Positions 36,936 to 50,100 of a DNA stretch of 64,000 bases are shown piece by piece; position 1 is the stretch's first letter, and the number at the start of each line of letters is the position of its first letter. Under the pieces are notes generated by a model. It was not told the origin of the DNA and made no database searches. It saw only the letters and a program-made list of their open reading frames with translations. Position numbers and translations under genes: made by a program. The stretch lies in contig NMRA01000303.1 in the NCBI GenBank assembly GCA_002633005.1, forward strand, positions 373,714 through 437,713, written 5' to 3'. This stretch comes from Phoronis australis. Its lineage: Eukaryota; Animalia; Phoronida.

Positions 36936-39905
36936 TTGTGCAACACAGCAAAGGATTGAAGATGGTTAGACTCTTTTAACCAATGAAACCAATCGTTTTA
37001 TATGCCTGTGTCACATCGTCAAAAGAAAATGGGTAATAACAATAGCGTTGTCGAGTATTAAGAGAGTCCGGTGAAGTGAGTTTGTCCGACTGATTTATTT
37101 CAGTTAGTCGGTTTATCGAGCAACCCTACATCGCATAGGCAATCTGCTACAACAAATGATTAAATTACGACTGAATCCACCAAGTCTGACGTCAACTACA
37201 GTGTAACTAGGGAAAAAAATGGATAAGATGTGGAAACACAGAGTGGTATTTCGTAGTTTTAGTACATAAGACTTACAATGAATGTTCTTAGTTAAGGCTC
37301 TACTGTTTTAGAGAGAATAGTCGAGCCTTGGTCAGCCATTTTAACTCGCTGGTACCCTTCGTGCCGCTATAGGTGGTAGCTAGCACGCAGGCATCACATA
37401 ATTTTCCTCGAGAAATTTTTTTACATCGGCGTTTCTGATTGGCTGGTCGAATTCTCAACAGGCAGCGCTATACGCAAAAAAACTGGCATGACTGATGGAA
37501 GAAGAAGTGTAAATGTGGTCTGTTGTACAGACAAATCGGTGCTTAAGATTTATGTTCAGGAAATGTGAAGCCAAGAAATTGTGGTTGAGCCTTTTTGGAG
37601 TGCATCTTTCTACTGTCGATGACTTTTGTTTACGATACTCTTCTGTATTCATACATTATGAATAACACACCGGTTAAATCGGCCAGATACGTGTTTATTG
37701 TGCATGTACGTGCTTTAAGCACGCGGCTATTAAATAGCACAGCAGAAACGAAATAGTTGCTGCTACGCCACTTGCGCATGACAAGGCTAAATATCGTTCA
37801 TAGTCGGCCATTTTTCACGTTTTTGTAAAGCTAACCAATGACTGCCGAGGTTACATCAACCAATGCTAAAGCGCGTGCTACTGCGTGATACCTGCGAGCT
37901 GGCTAGGCACGTAGGGAACCAGCTGGCCATTGTATCGGTAGTTGCTGCTGTATCAGTGATTGACTGAATCGTCAAACATCTTCTATTAGATCGGGTTGCC
38001 ACATTTCCAACTACAGAAGTAGGCTTGCTTTTTGCGGGTTTGTGTCGGGATGGATTTTTTCGGGTAATGCTGAAAATGGCATGCGCTGGCGGCCGTCTTC
38101 GAATTATTTGACAAGTTAAGTCCGATATCTAGAGTGAAACTGAAGTATACAAAACTGGGTTATGAAGTTCATTACTGTTCCATGTATCTTAAGTTGTCCA
38201 TTTCAATTGTTTACATGTATTAGCTCTCCTCGTAAATTAGTCAATGTAATTTAATTGGCCATTGATTCTGATACGAGCGCGATGCTATATTTTAAACTTG
38301 TTAAATTCCTTCAATTGTTTCGCAGAGACATGAACTGAAAGCAAGAAAATGACATTTCTGAATTACTTTGCAATGACATTACCTGCACAAATTGTATGAT
38401 TCTGAAATAACGCAGTCAAAGACAAGTTTTAGAAGATTACGAAATGATGTCCTGATGCATGCCTGTGCGCAGGTCTCATCTTCCTTCTTCCCATGGGATG
38501 TCTAATTTTCGGCACAATTTCCTATCCACGGTTATAATAAATCATTGCCTAACCCAACAATACTGCCAATATCTCCCTTATTTTCTAAAAAAATGCACAC
38601 AGCACCTGATACCGCAAAGTAGAAAATATGTCTTCAAAAATAAGATTGTTCCCGTCATCCTCGGCAGTAATATTAAGCTATAGACTTTTCAGTGGTACAC
38701 TCACTACACACCGAGTGCCTACTTCAGTACACCGGTTAGTCGCATGCTAAACTGCTTACTTGAATCAGAAAACAGACCTGCAAAAGCTTTGAAAATGTGA
38801 TGCGACAGTGCCGTTTTAACAATTTTTGTGGGTCTAATCGCGTCATAATAATAACAGACACATGTCCGTCATCACTAAATACCCGAGTGGACATTTTAGA
38901 ACATTTTGTGTAAAAGCATGTTCGAGAGAAATGCAATGTGACGCAGTCTTACTTTTGTGGCTTGAGAACAGGAAGATCCCAGGACTGAATCACGATGAGA
39001 CTTCTATGACTTTGTAAACAACTTTTAAATAAAAAATAAAATGGAATTCCTCATCTCTGTGACAGCTTGGTCAAATTTGTTAGAAACATAACGTAGTTGG
39101 ACGATGCAAATAAAAAGTAGGCTGAAAATTGCCAAATGTCTTAAACAACAAGTTTTGTGTCGAAATTGATCCGCCCTGTTTCATAAGTATCGTGACGTGA
39201 TGTTGGCGAATAACACTTCATGATGTAAGTAATGTGAACTCACAAGAAAGCTGTCAGTAGTGAAAAGGTCACCTAGTTGGCGAATGTTTTGTTTCAACAT
39301 CTCCAAGATGTCAACTGAATACAAGTGCACTTTGTTTAACGTAGATGATGTTTAAATATCATTGTCGTTTAGTTCATGCTATACATCAGCATAATTAGGA
39401 GCACTGATGCAAATACGTCTTTAAAGAGACAGCTGCTGAGCCTATAAGTTCACAATTTGTCTAAATCATATAAACTTTGCTCACTGGTTAAAGCGACACC
39501 TCTCCGTCCAGTATGGTCGACGGGACTCGAGGTGAAATTTAAGCAGACTCATTAAAACGGCAAAAAGAAACATTTGTGTGGGGTGGCGCATACCTTTAAT
39601 GCGTTTTATATTCAATAATGTCACATTCATTTCTCAAAAATTTATGGACTAATTTTTTTGCAGTTCAGCTTTGCGAAAATTACCAGTATAACTATCGTCC
39701 ATTGCAGACATGACCATTGTTTTTCCGACCATATAATTTTATTTATTTTTCACAAGGGAATGCTGTGCACAAAACGACATACCAAATACATGTATGTTGC
39801 ACTTTAAAATCATAAAAAATAAATGGTGTTGAGTTATTACCTACAGACGTAGTAGTCTTATTACAAATGACACAATCCTCACGTCGTCGCATGCTCTGGA
39901 GACCG

Positions 39906-40001
39906 TATAAATAAGGCGAGGAAAGTGGAAGTAGAATGTACAACCCAGACTGGCTGGTGAATAGTACAGAAACCTCAAATCTGTCATCGAAGGTTGCATA
40001 G
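39906..40001 (+). promoter_or_regulatory. Candidate TATA box and 5' non-coding exon of gene C
   Basis: TATAAATA at 39906-39913; donor AG|gtaagg at 40001/40002; the ATG exon downstream starts with a splice acceptor. Confidence 0.45.
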
Positions 40002-41034
40002 GTAAGGCATCTTGTGTTCTGAAGCTGTTGGCGTACGACTAAGCTTGAAATTTATCAATAGGTCAGTTAAAGTTGTACTTCGACCAATTTAGCTAACTGA
40101 AAATGATCTTGCAATATCACCATACCGTAATTGGATTCTATTTGCAGTACCAACAAGAACGTCAAATCTTTCGGTAACTCAAGACAACAGTTTATTCGGT
40201 CTGGCAAATCTTAAGATTACATTCGAAATTAAGCCGGATGCGTATTGCATGTGACTTGAATTGCCGATTCATGCGACAAGGTCGGAAGAGAATGGTTTAG
40301 TTTTTCTAAGGAATCAACACGGCTAAACAGCGGCCAAATGTTGAACATATACGTCAACTTTCCACATAGATCTTTTCTGGTTTTCGTGATTGGGTGCGCT
40401 CATTTTTGCTATGCTATTTTTGTTACCAATCGTTTGGTTAGATTGCTCATATTATATTTAGTCTCACACAAAACACATGAGTCATGGGAAAACAAAGCAT
40501 TGATTCCATTTTAATCTCCTGTACAGTTCCTGAACATTTTGTCGCTTGGACGTCTAGAGGAATGCAAGGGGTGGGCAGCCGGCGTTCTATAGACACCAAG
40601 ACGCCGCCAGATCGTCACAAAGTATTCGTGACCAGCACGCTTAAAGCCTTATAACTTGGTCACAAACTGAGAGATGGTCCGCCAATCCAGTCGATTGAGT
40701 TCTATTTAACATAATGAGCCGATTTTCATTGGATCAGTAACTCAGAAGATGTCTTCCTGGTAGTAACGATTCATGATATTTGACGTCGAGGCCTGGCTGG
40801 CGATCCCAGTAATCAATCGCATTTCAGCAAATGTGACAATTTTGTAACTGCTGTAATCGATTCCTGGTACTTTACGTCATGTGACCGAGGACAAGACATT
40901 GCTTTAATGTCTCTTGTCTGCTTCTTACAAAGGTCACAGAACTATTATCGATCCCCTGTCACACACATATGTCGTTTCCATATCCGTCAAACAATACTTT
41001 CGTTGAGGCATGCATTTTTTCTCATTTTTAGGAA

Positions 41035-41110
41035 ATGTTTGAGTTGCGTCGTTCAGTCCTGAGTCTCATCGCGTTGGCAGTGATTGGGAGTAGCGCGGCC
41101 CATAAACAAG
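41035..41110 (+). CDS. Gene C coding exon 1 (signal peptide)
   Basis: tttttag|GAAATG as in gene A; MFELRRSVLSLIALAVIGSSAAHKQ; G|gtatgt donor. Confidence 0.8.
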
Positions 41111-44100
41111 GTATGTGTGGTTTTGAACCTCGGTGACACGGAAATCTTGACTGTAGTGTATTTAAAACATCTTAACGGTGCATCGCTAAGACTTAAGTTT
41201 AAGGAGGTCCAAGTATGAGAAAAATACGTTGTCTCCCGCTGGATTTGGTGGAACCATTAGTCCACTAAATGACAAACTTGATCCCTGTTTTTAGAAACAT
41301 TCCAAATTTCAGTGCATGACTTTCGTAGACGACCACTAGGAGTGTACTATGTGAAGCCGAAGCGGAAAAATCCAAGGCAACTTATTTTCTACTCAAGAAT
41401 TATAGTCCATATGGAAAGCCAAAGCGGGAAAATTCCAAGAAACACATTTTGTATGCAAGATTTAAAAATAGGCCAAAGCATTATTTTATGTTGCCCTGCA
41501 AATAAATACAAATACTTCTAAACCAGAATTTTACTTATATAAGAATTAAAAATAGACCACAACAACGTCGCTACTGATTTCAGTTCCACGCAAACCAGCG
41601 GTTCTTTCACATATTCTGTTCGTTTCCCAAGTTCACTGTATAGACAAATACAATAAGAGTAATTCCCAATAATCATCTACTTTAACTCTGTTTAAAAAGG
41701 TCAGAGGTTACATAATTAAACGAAATCACCTATATATTCAAACTGCTACCGACAAGCTATAGCAGGTTTCGTGTATGTAATGTACAGTAAAAAGCTTCAT
41801 TTGAAAAAAATGTACGGACTATCAACATGTAGTGCCTTATTGTGTAAAATTCTTCAAGAATCGGAAGAGGAGAGAACGAAGATAATGCAGGCTAGCTCTC
41901 AGTTGAGGTCGCCTAAGTCGTTCAACTTTACTAGCAACTCCGGCAAGATGTTTCCATTCGGGTCAGCCGCAGGAGACACTCTCATGGGAGCTACAGATGA
42001 CGGCTGTGAAGAGTTTTCTTATGGTACAAATATCACATACTTTGATTCATCCTATGGCACTTTGTGGGTAAGTTAATTCTTTGCTGCCATAACATGGCTA
42101 AGTTGTTTTCAGTGGATCTTGACTGTACTTCGGGAGCAAGTTTTCTGTTATACAGAATTTAAAAGGTCCTTGGTACACTTCCCTTAGGGTTGTAGCTTGA
42201 CCAACTAAATTTAAAAAGGTTTATTTGAGCCCTCGGTTCCAGCGTTTTCTTTAATTGTGCAAATTTATAGTCATTTGATTCACCAATCTGATACAACGGT
42301 AGTTCTCACACTGCAAAACCTGTTACAAACACAAATCATCCTGAATTATTGAAGGGAAGAAGCAACACGCTAGGTACAAAGGTTGTATCAATTTATGATT
42401 AGAGCAACGCAATTTAGCCATACATGACATAACAATACACGGAATGTTCAGCAACAAGTAAAATTCCATTCAAAATCAGTTGTAAATGAGGACTAGGGAC
42501 TGCGTTTTGAACTATTTTCCACAGCAAATCGCGAGTACCAGAGCAAGAAATCCCCAGTTGGAAGACAAATAGTGGCGTTAAAATTGTAACTCTCATTACT
42601 AAATGTGATGACTAACACATGGAAGTAAAAGAGGAACTGTGGCCTAGTGGGATATATGACGTGTACTCTTCCTTTACTCAAGGTCGTGGGTTGAGTCCCA
42701 TTGCTAGAACCCTGAATCAAGTCTTTAGCTCCTCACCTCATTTTTATCAAATTCATTAGCAAATTATAAGAAAATGAGCAGTTTTAAAGGCAAAGACTAT
42801 TAACATTTGAAAAGTGCAGCTACACTGTATGATTCAGCTGGAAAAGGTGAAAACAAAATCGCCAGGAAAAGTACTCATGAAAGTTATTAAAACCCTATAA
42901 TTCAGGGCCAACCGGCTATTAGGGGAATCTTATATATAAAATAAACACAAACACATACACATACAACCCCTACAAGCATACACAGACACAGACACAGACA
43001 CACAGACACACACACACACACGCGCACGCGCGCGCACATATTTCATTGAAAACACGACTTTGATCTGTTTTTACTAGTTTAATCTCAGTTTTTTCCAACT
43101 CTAAAGAACTGAGATTAAACTAGTAAAAACAGATCAAAGTCGTGTTTTCAATGAAATATGTATACGAGAAAGATTACTGTCAAATTATAGTGATTTCAAG
43201 TTACATACATATATACACAAAACATACCTCGATTGGCGTACATGAAGTAATATCCCACTCGACCTTATTCCGCGTATCGACCTCAACCGAAGTTTTTTCG
43301 GCAGATTTTTCAAATACTTCACCGAGACTGTTCACAAGGCGGATCACATCCTATGTGTATGTACTTGCGCGTTAGGTTGCAAGTTTTCTCTTGTAAAATA
43401 CAGTTATAAAAAACGATTTATTTCTTGAAAAGAGGTAACAAAGATGAAAACAACGGCAACTGTGCAGTGAACTTTTAACACCTCCTGGAAATAGTTAAAT
43501 AACAACAATATTTGATTTTGTAATTTCCTGGGAATCGGCGCCTGAGTTGCAGACGATATAGTATTCAGCAATTGAAAACTGAGACAGAAGTGTCATATAA
43601 TTAATAGTTTTGTTCCAAATTTTACGTTTAAAGCATGTCGAGTGTAAGTTACACTGCTACAACTGTGTTAGTTAAAACGATATTCGGAAAGTTTGATGAT
43701 CGAACCGGCTGTCGTCTAGTCGACATTGACCTACTTTTGGAAATTTCCATGTCAGAAGTCACTGTTAAAGTAGTGCTGGAGGTGAATACGGAAAACTTTA
43801 ATACATGGACGTATTTCCCTCGACAGATTCAACGCGTATGGGATAAATACATATACACATACATACGTACATACAAACATACGTACATATACATACATAC
43901 ATACATACATACATACATACATAAACATAAGGCAAGAAATGTAACATTAATCAAACGGTTTGCTGTCTTTCCCGTCGGTTATCTATGCATTTTTAGAATG
44001 ACACCATCCTCCAAGAACATTTTCTGCAATGTCACGAACGTAAAATCATCCGTTATTCTATTCATAGAGCAAGACTTGCTGTAAATGGAAGTATTGGAGT

Positions 44101-47100
44101 ACCTTTGGATTGCTTTCGAGAAACCTTTTTTGCATGAACAGCAAACATGGTCGCGCCGCACGCTACCCTTGTTTGCAAGACATTCCTGTTACCAACTGCA
44201 TTTGCCATTCTTTGCAGTATTTCACACCTGCCGTGTCCCATTGTGTATGTTACTGGCTTTACGTTGCTCTGAGGGGGTAGTAATGCGTCATGTTATCTCC
44301 ACTTGAGAATGCCTTTTAATCATAATGTCTCTTGGTCAGTTACTTTACCAATGTTCTGTTGAATGTCGACCTTTGTTCCGAGGGTACAAGCGGAATGGAA
44401 AAAAGATAGCCAACAACGACAAGTGTCGTGTCTTGAACAAGTTTTAGAAATACACTGACTCACGCACATACAGGTACACATACACAAAGTAACACATATA
44501 CATACATACAAACGTACATACATACAACGTAATACTCACTGTCAGAATGAATATTGAATAAGTAATTAGTAAGACTAGATCCATTTTAAGTTGCCCAAAA
44601 CTTGTGCATATGTACTTATAAATCATGGGGTCAAACTCGTTGATACAGGTATGTACTTTAACGTCAATATCTATTTTTAAATGGTGTTTACAACTTTGGG
44701 TTCAGGGGTCAAAGCGAAACAATTCTGTTATACCGGTGAAGAGTTAAGGAAGTGCACAGAGGAGCTCTTGCGGCAGGTCTCGGAGCGTGAAGAGCGCGCC
44801 CATAAATGGAAACTGGAACAGGCAGAGCCCGCCCATAAACAAGAGCTGGAAAAAGCAAAGCTTGCACGGGAACAATCAGAGCGGACCCAAGTTTTTGAGA
44901 CTGAGAAGTAGAAGACACTGCAACTCCAGATTGAGCTCCAAGCGACACCTAGTTGTGGGGCTGTAAGCAGTGGTGTACGTACCAGTCGTCCCAAACTGCC
45001 AAGGTTTGACGAGCGTGTCGACGACATGGATGCCTTCCTAGCACGATTTGAGACGTTCGACACAAGCCAGAAATAGAATAGATCGGAGTGGGCTGTGGGC
45101 TTGAGTCCATTGCTGACAGGCAAAGGCCTACAGGTGTTCAACAACATGCCGTACGACCAAATTAACAAATATGACCAACTAAAGGTGGCGCTGCTGCACA
45201 GGTATGAACTAACTGAAGACTGGTTCCGACGAAACTTCAGTGAGTCCAAACCTGAAAAGTGTGAAAACGCGTTACAGTTCGGAGCAAGACTGAAAATATT
45301 CTTTGACTGATGGACACAACTGGCGGAAGTTGAGGCGACTTATGATGGACTCAATGACTTACAGATACGAGAGCAGTTTCTGGGAGTATGCCATCATGAG
45401 ATGTCTGTATTCCTGAGGGAACGGAAACCGGAGACCTTCGACGAGATGTCGGCCATTGTTCAACAGTATATGGACGTCCACTGTACTGGTTTGTTGGGCA
45501 AAGGGTTCGCGAAGAAAGACTTAGGACAGGTATCAAAAAGACAGGCACCGCCAAGCAACACAGAAGAACGAAGGACAGAGACTCCTCGTTCGTCAATGTC
45601 CAGAAACAAGGGTGACATGGAGTGTTTCAATTGTCATCGCAAGGGTTATCTAACCAGGGACTGCTGGATGAAACAATTGCGGTCCAAAAGGTGCGATGCT
45701 AGTGAGCAGTCGTCTTCCACTCAGCAAGAACGGACTAAGAAAGAAGACACCATGAAGGCGGGAATGTGTCAAGCTGTGGTAGCGACGGTTAGCCCAGTAG
45801 AGCAGCACATAGTTCATGGCTGTCTCTAGTTAGTCGATGGAACATCGATACCCGTAGATACAGGAGCCAGTGACAAGCACAGAAAACCTCCAGCTGACCG
45901 CAATATGCCCAGTTGCGTCAACGAGAAAAAAGTATGCATGGTGCGTGACACTGGTGGCAGTAGTGCAGCGGTGAAGACGTCCGTAGTCAAAGAAAGTCAA
46001 GTGATGGGGAAACAACACATCTGTGTGTTAATAGATGGGGCAGCACGATCCTTCCTCATAGCGAAAATTGAGGTAAATACTCCATACTTAGTTGGTGAAA
46101 TTGAGGCGATATGTATGCGAACACCGATCTACGACCTCCTGATAGGGAATGATGTTGGCGTCAGCAAGGATCCTGATCCCAGTTGGCAGCCACAAGGCAG
46201 CGTCATGTCTGCAGTCACTACTAGAGCACAGGCTAAGAAGAGAGAGAAACCTATTAAGCCTTTGGCGGTGACTCCATCCGTAGTGGAAAGTCTCGACGTC
46301 AGCAAATTAAAGGACGAACAACAATATGATCCTTTCCTACCTAAGATCATGGAACTTGTTGAGAAAAACAAACCAGCAAGAATACGTGGTAGAGGTCAAT
46401 ACTGGTACGAGAAGCAGAAGGGGATCCTGTACCGAGTGTATGCTGATAACACCAAAGAACTGCGTCGGATAGTTGTCCCTGTCAAATATCGACAACAAGT
46501 TATTACGCTAGCTCAAGAGTCAATCGTTGGAAGGCACCTTGGTGTGAAGAAGACTAGTGATAGAATAGCCAGGAGCTTTTATTGGCCAGGAGTTGGCAGT
46601 GACATAAATCGTTTCTGCAGATCATGTGACCTCTGCCAGCGAACAATTCCTTAGGGCAGGATCTCTAAAGTGCCATTGGGCGAGATGCCGCTTATGGAAG
46701 AACCGTTCCAGCGTATAGCTGTTGATTTGATTGGTCCTGTATCGCCAATCACAGACAGTTTACCACTCCGTACAATCCGAAATGCAATGGATTGCATGAG
46801 CGTATTAACGGTGTACTGAAGAGTATACTTAAGAAAATTTGCCAAGACCGTTCATAAGATTGGGACCGGTACTTACCAGCAGTACTGTTCGCCTACCGAG
46901 AGGTACCACAGGTGAGCACAGGTTTCTCGCCATTTCAACTGTTGTATGGTAGAACCGTGCGAGGGCCCATGCAGGTGTTTAAAGAGTTGTGGTCTGGCAA
47001 TTAAACACCAGACGTACGGAAAACTTATGAGTATGTCCTCGACTTGCGACATCGTGTGGAAGTGACATGTGAACTGGTGAGGGAAAACTTAAAAGACACG

Positions 47101-50100
47101 AGATCGTCGCTTCAAAGTAGGAGACCAAGTTTTAATATTGTTACCAACCGAGAGTAACAAGCTGCGACTGCAGTGGAGGGGTCCCTATGAAGTGACCGAG
47201 GTACTCAAAAAAATGCACTTCCGAGTAAGGGTTGATGGAAAGACCAAGACAAACCATGCCAACCTGTTGAAACTCTACATATCTCGTGACCAAAGTGGGG
47301 CTGCAAGTAAAGATGATGCAGATCAGAATTTCAGAATTTTGACTTCGCAGCCATAGCTGTACTGCAGACTGAAACAGACAATGAAGTTGGTGTTGTCGAT
47401 GATGAACATCTACTAGAGTTGAAATCGACAAACCAAAAAGAAACGTACACAGACGTCAAGATATCAGACGAGTTCACTACTAGCCAACGAAGGGAGGTGA
47501 CAAGTCTGTTGGAAGAGTACTCTGATATCCACAGTGAAGTACCTGGTACAACCCATATGAGCACAAGATTGAGGCTATTAGTGAAGAGCTGGTGAGAGTC
47601 AAGCCATATCCCCTGCCATTTGCCACACGGACCGTTGTGTAGGAAGAAGTCGACAACATGTTAAAGTGTGGAGTCATAAAACCCTCCGATGCTCCCTACA
47701 ACTCTCCGGTGGTCTTAGCGAAGAAGAAGGACGGTTCAAATCGATTCTGCATCGATTTTCGTCGTTTGAACGCCATCACTAAGTTCACTTGAGAGTAGAG
47801 TTTTGTTCCGAAAGTACGAACGTAACGGAATAAAGATTGTGAACAATTAAAAGTGCCGTGCGTTTAACCAATTCTGTATAACACACGTACATACTTACAT
47901 ACATACGTACATACATACATACATACGTACATACATACATACATACGTACATACATACGTATATAAAACATACATACATACGTACATACATACATGCATA
48001 CATGTACATGTATATATATTATTTCATAGGGCACCATACTTTTGAAACCATAAACACTATGTTCTCTTTGGACGGCTAATTATCTACAATTTTCTATCGT
48101 TAAACCATGTAGCAACATACGGAATTACTGAGACAGACTTGATTTTAACCACCTCTACGTAATTCTCAAAAATATGCCATTTCTTGTCACTTTGTATAGG
48201 GAGGGTTCTAATTAGCTTTCTGCGATATCCTGCATATCATTCTAAGCTAAATTAAACAGTTTTGTCAGATCTTTTACAGATTTCAGCTGATTTACGACTA
48301 ATTGATTAGTCCACTCCTCTCGAAAATTCAGTTTTTCTCGACGTATTTTTACTTTCAACCCCCAACTGTCTGCTAGCTCATTTTGCTTATTGTACACTTT
48401 TGACATAATACCATAATATATAGGTGTACAGTAAACCTCGGTTAAGTCGGATCCAATGAGACAAAGATTTCCTCACAGATAAGCGACTTCCGCCTTATCT
48501 GAAGGTACTGTAGGCCCAACAACGAGTTTGACCCAGTTTATGCCTACTGCAGTGACACCCATTCCATTGGCGCAACAACTCTTAGTCGATACATGTAGCC
48601 CTGAATTCGCTAGCCATCTCAACTCGTATAATGCCGCGTCTCTTTTTACATCTGCTAATCCACGAAGACGAAACAACTGGCTCTTAAGTATCGGTCAACA
48701 GCTGTTTACGGAAGACATTCGCTTGCTCAACCAAGATGGTCCCGAGACGAATTTCGGATCCTGCAGACATGGTCCGAAACCAAAGAAAGAGCTCAACATG
48801 GGAGTGAGTGGACATGCAGATGCGTTTCGTGATAGATGACAGTTGTTTGGCTCGCAGATTTAATTTTCTCACCGTTAAACAATATGTCGCTCAGAGTTTG
48901 AGGCGCAATCTTAAATCTAATGGCTATGTCCTTTTTCTTCATTGTTGGATGATCGTTGGCATATCTGGCATTAGTTTCTCCTCGTAAGTGCGAGTGCACA
49001 CTGTTCTCTTCGCAGCCATGTCTTTTCTCGTTTACCTAGACTGTGCAACAGAATTTCCTAAAAACTCACCAGTTGAAAGCGCACACTTCAGGTGGGATAG
49101 TTTTTTATTTAGCTTTTTTAAGTTGGCAATAAATTGTAATTTTTGGTTGTTTTTGTATTCGATCCTTGACGATTCCTAGGAATTGGGATGCAGAATGTTT
49201 ATAAACTTGCAAAATAAAAAAATCATATACTCATGTATAGCACTGGAATGAGATCACCCGAAAAAATATTGTAGGTGGATCTAAAACTTTTTTTCTGCAA
49301 AAGAACAGCACGTGCACGCCGAAAGGGACACTCTCATGTACATATACACTGTACGTTAAAGTAAAGTTCATCAGCCCATCTTGACCATCGTCCAGCGCAT
49401 CGCTGATATCATCCAAGACTCCACGTGAAGTTACGGTTTAGGCGTTCTGTCACAAAATTATGAAGTCACACATGTGCATGTATGTTCTAAATTTTTTAAG
49501 AAAAAAAATGGAGACGGAATCCGGCTTAAAGGAGATAAAAAGGCGGGGGGTGGGGTTGGTCAATTGTTAATCGAATTTTTTCCAAGTTGAGAAAAGATCA
49601 GACTTAAAGGAGAATGACACCCGATTTAATTAGTCGTTTTTACCGTCTTAATGGGTCTATATCCACATCGCATCTTATAAGGTCGACCTCACCTTGCCGC
49701 GAGGTGTCGCGTTGACGTGTGAGGAAGGTGATAAGCGACGGAGCGACGTCAGTGGTTCGTCTGCAGAGTGAATGCCGCTATATTGCGGTGCATCGTTCCC
49801 GCTTGTACGAACTATGAAGCTGCGAAGAAAGCGGGTACATCGTTTTTTCGACTTCCTCGAGAGCCCGAAATGCTTAGGAAGTAACTCACGGTAGTGAAGA
49901 ATGAAAGGTATGCTGTTAATAGCAAGTATGAGGACGGGAAACATCTCCGTGTCTGTGGCCGACATTTCGTCGACAGTGATTTCTCTGGCGAATTCCGGCT
50001 TATCAAAGAACTATCCATACGTTCCGTTGACTGTGTATGTTCACGGCGCCTCTGTAGTATTGCTTGATCAATGAATTCCGGTTCGAACTGACAGCCTGTG

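Noticed and set aside
42632-42710. tRNA gene
   Set aside because: A and B boxes present but no acceptor or anticodon stems; treated as a SINE remnant
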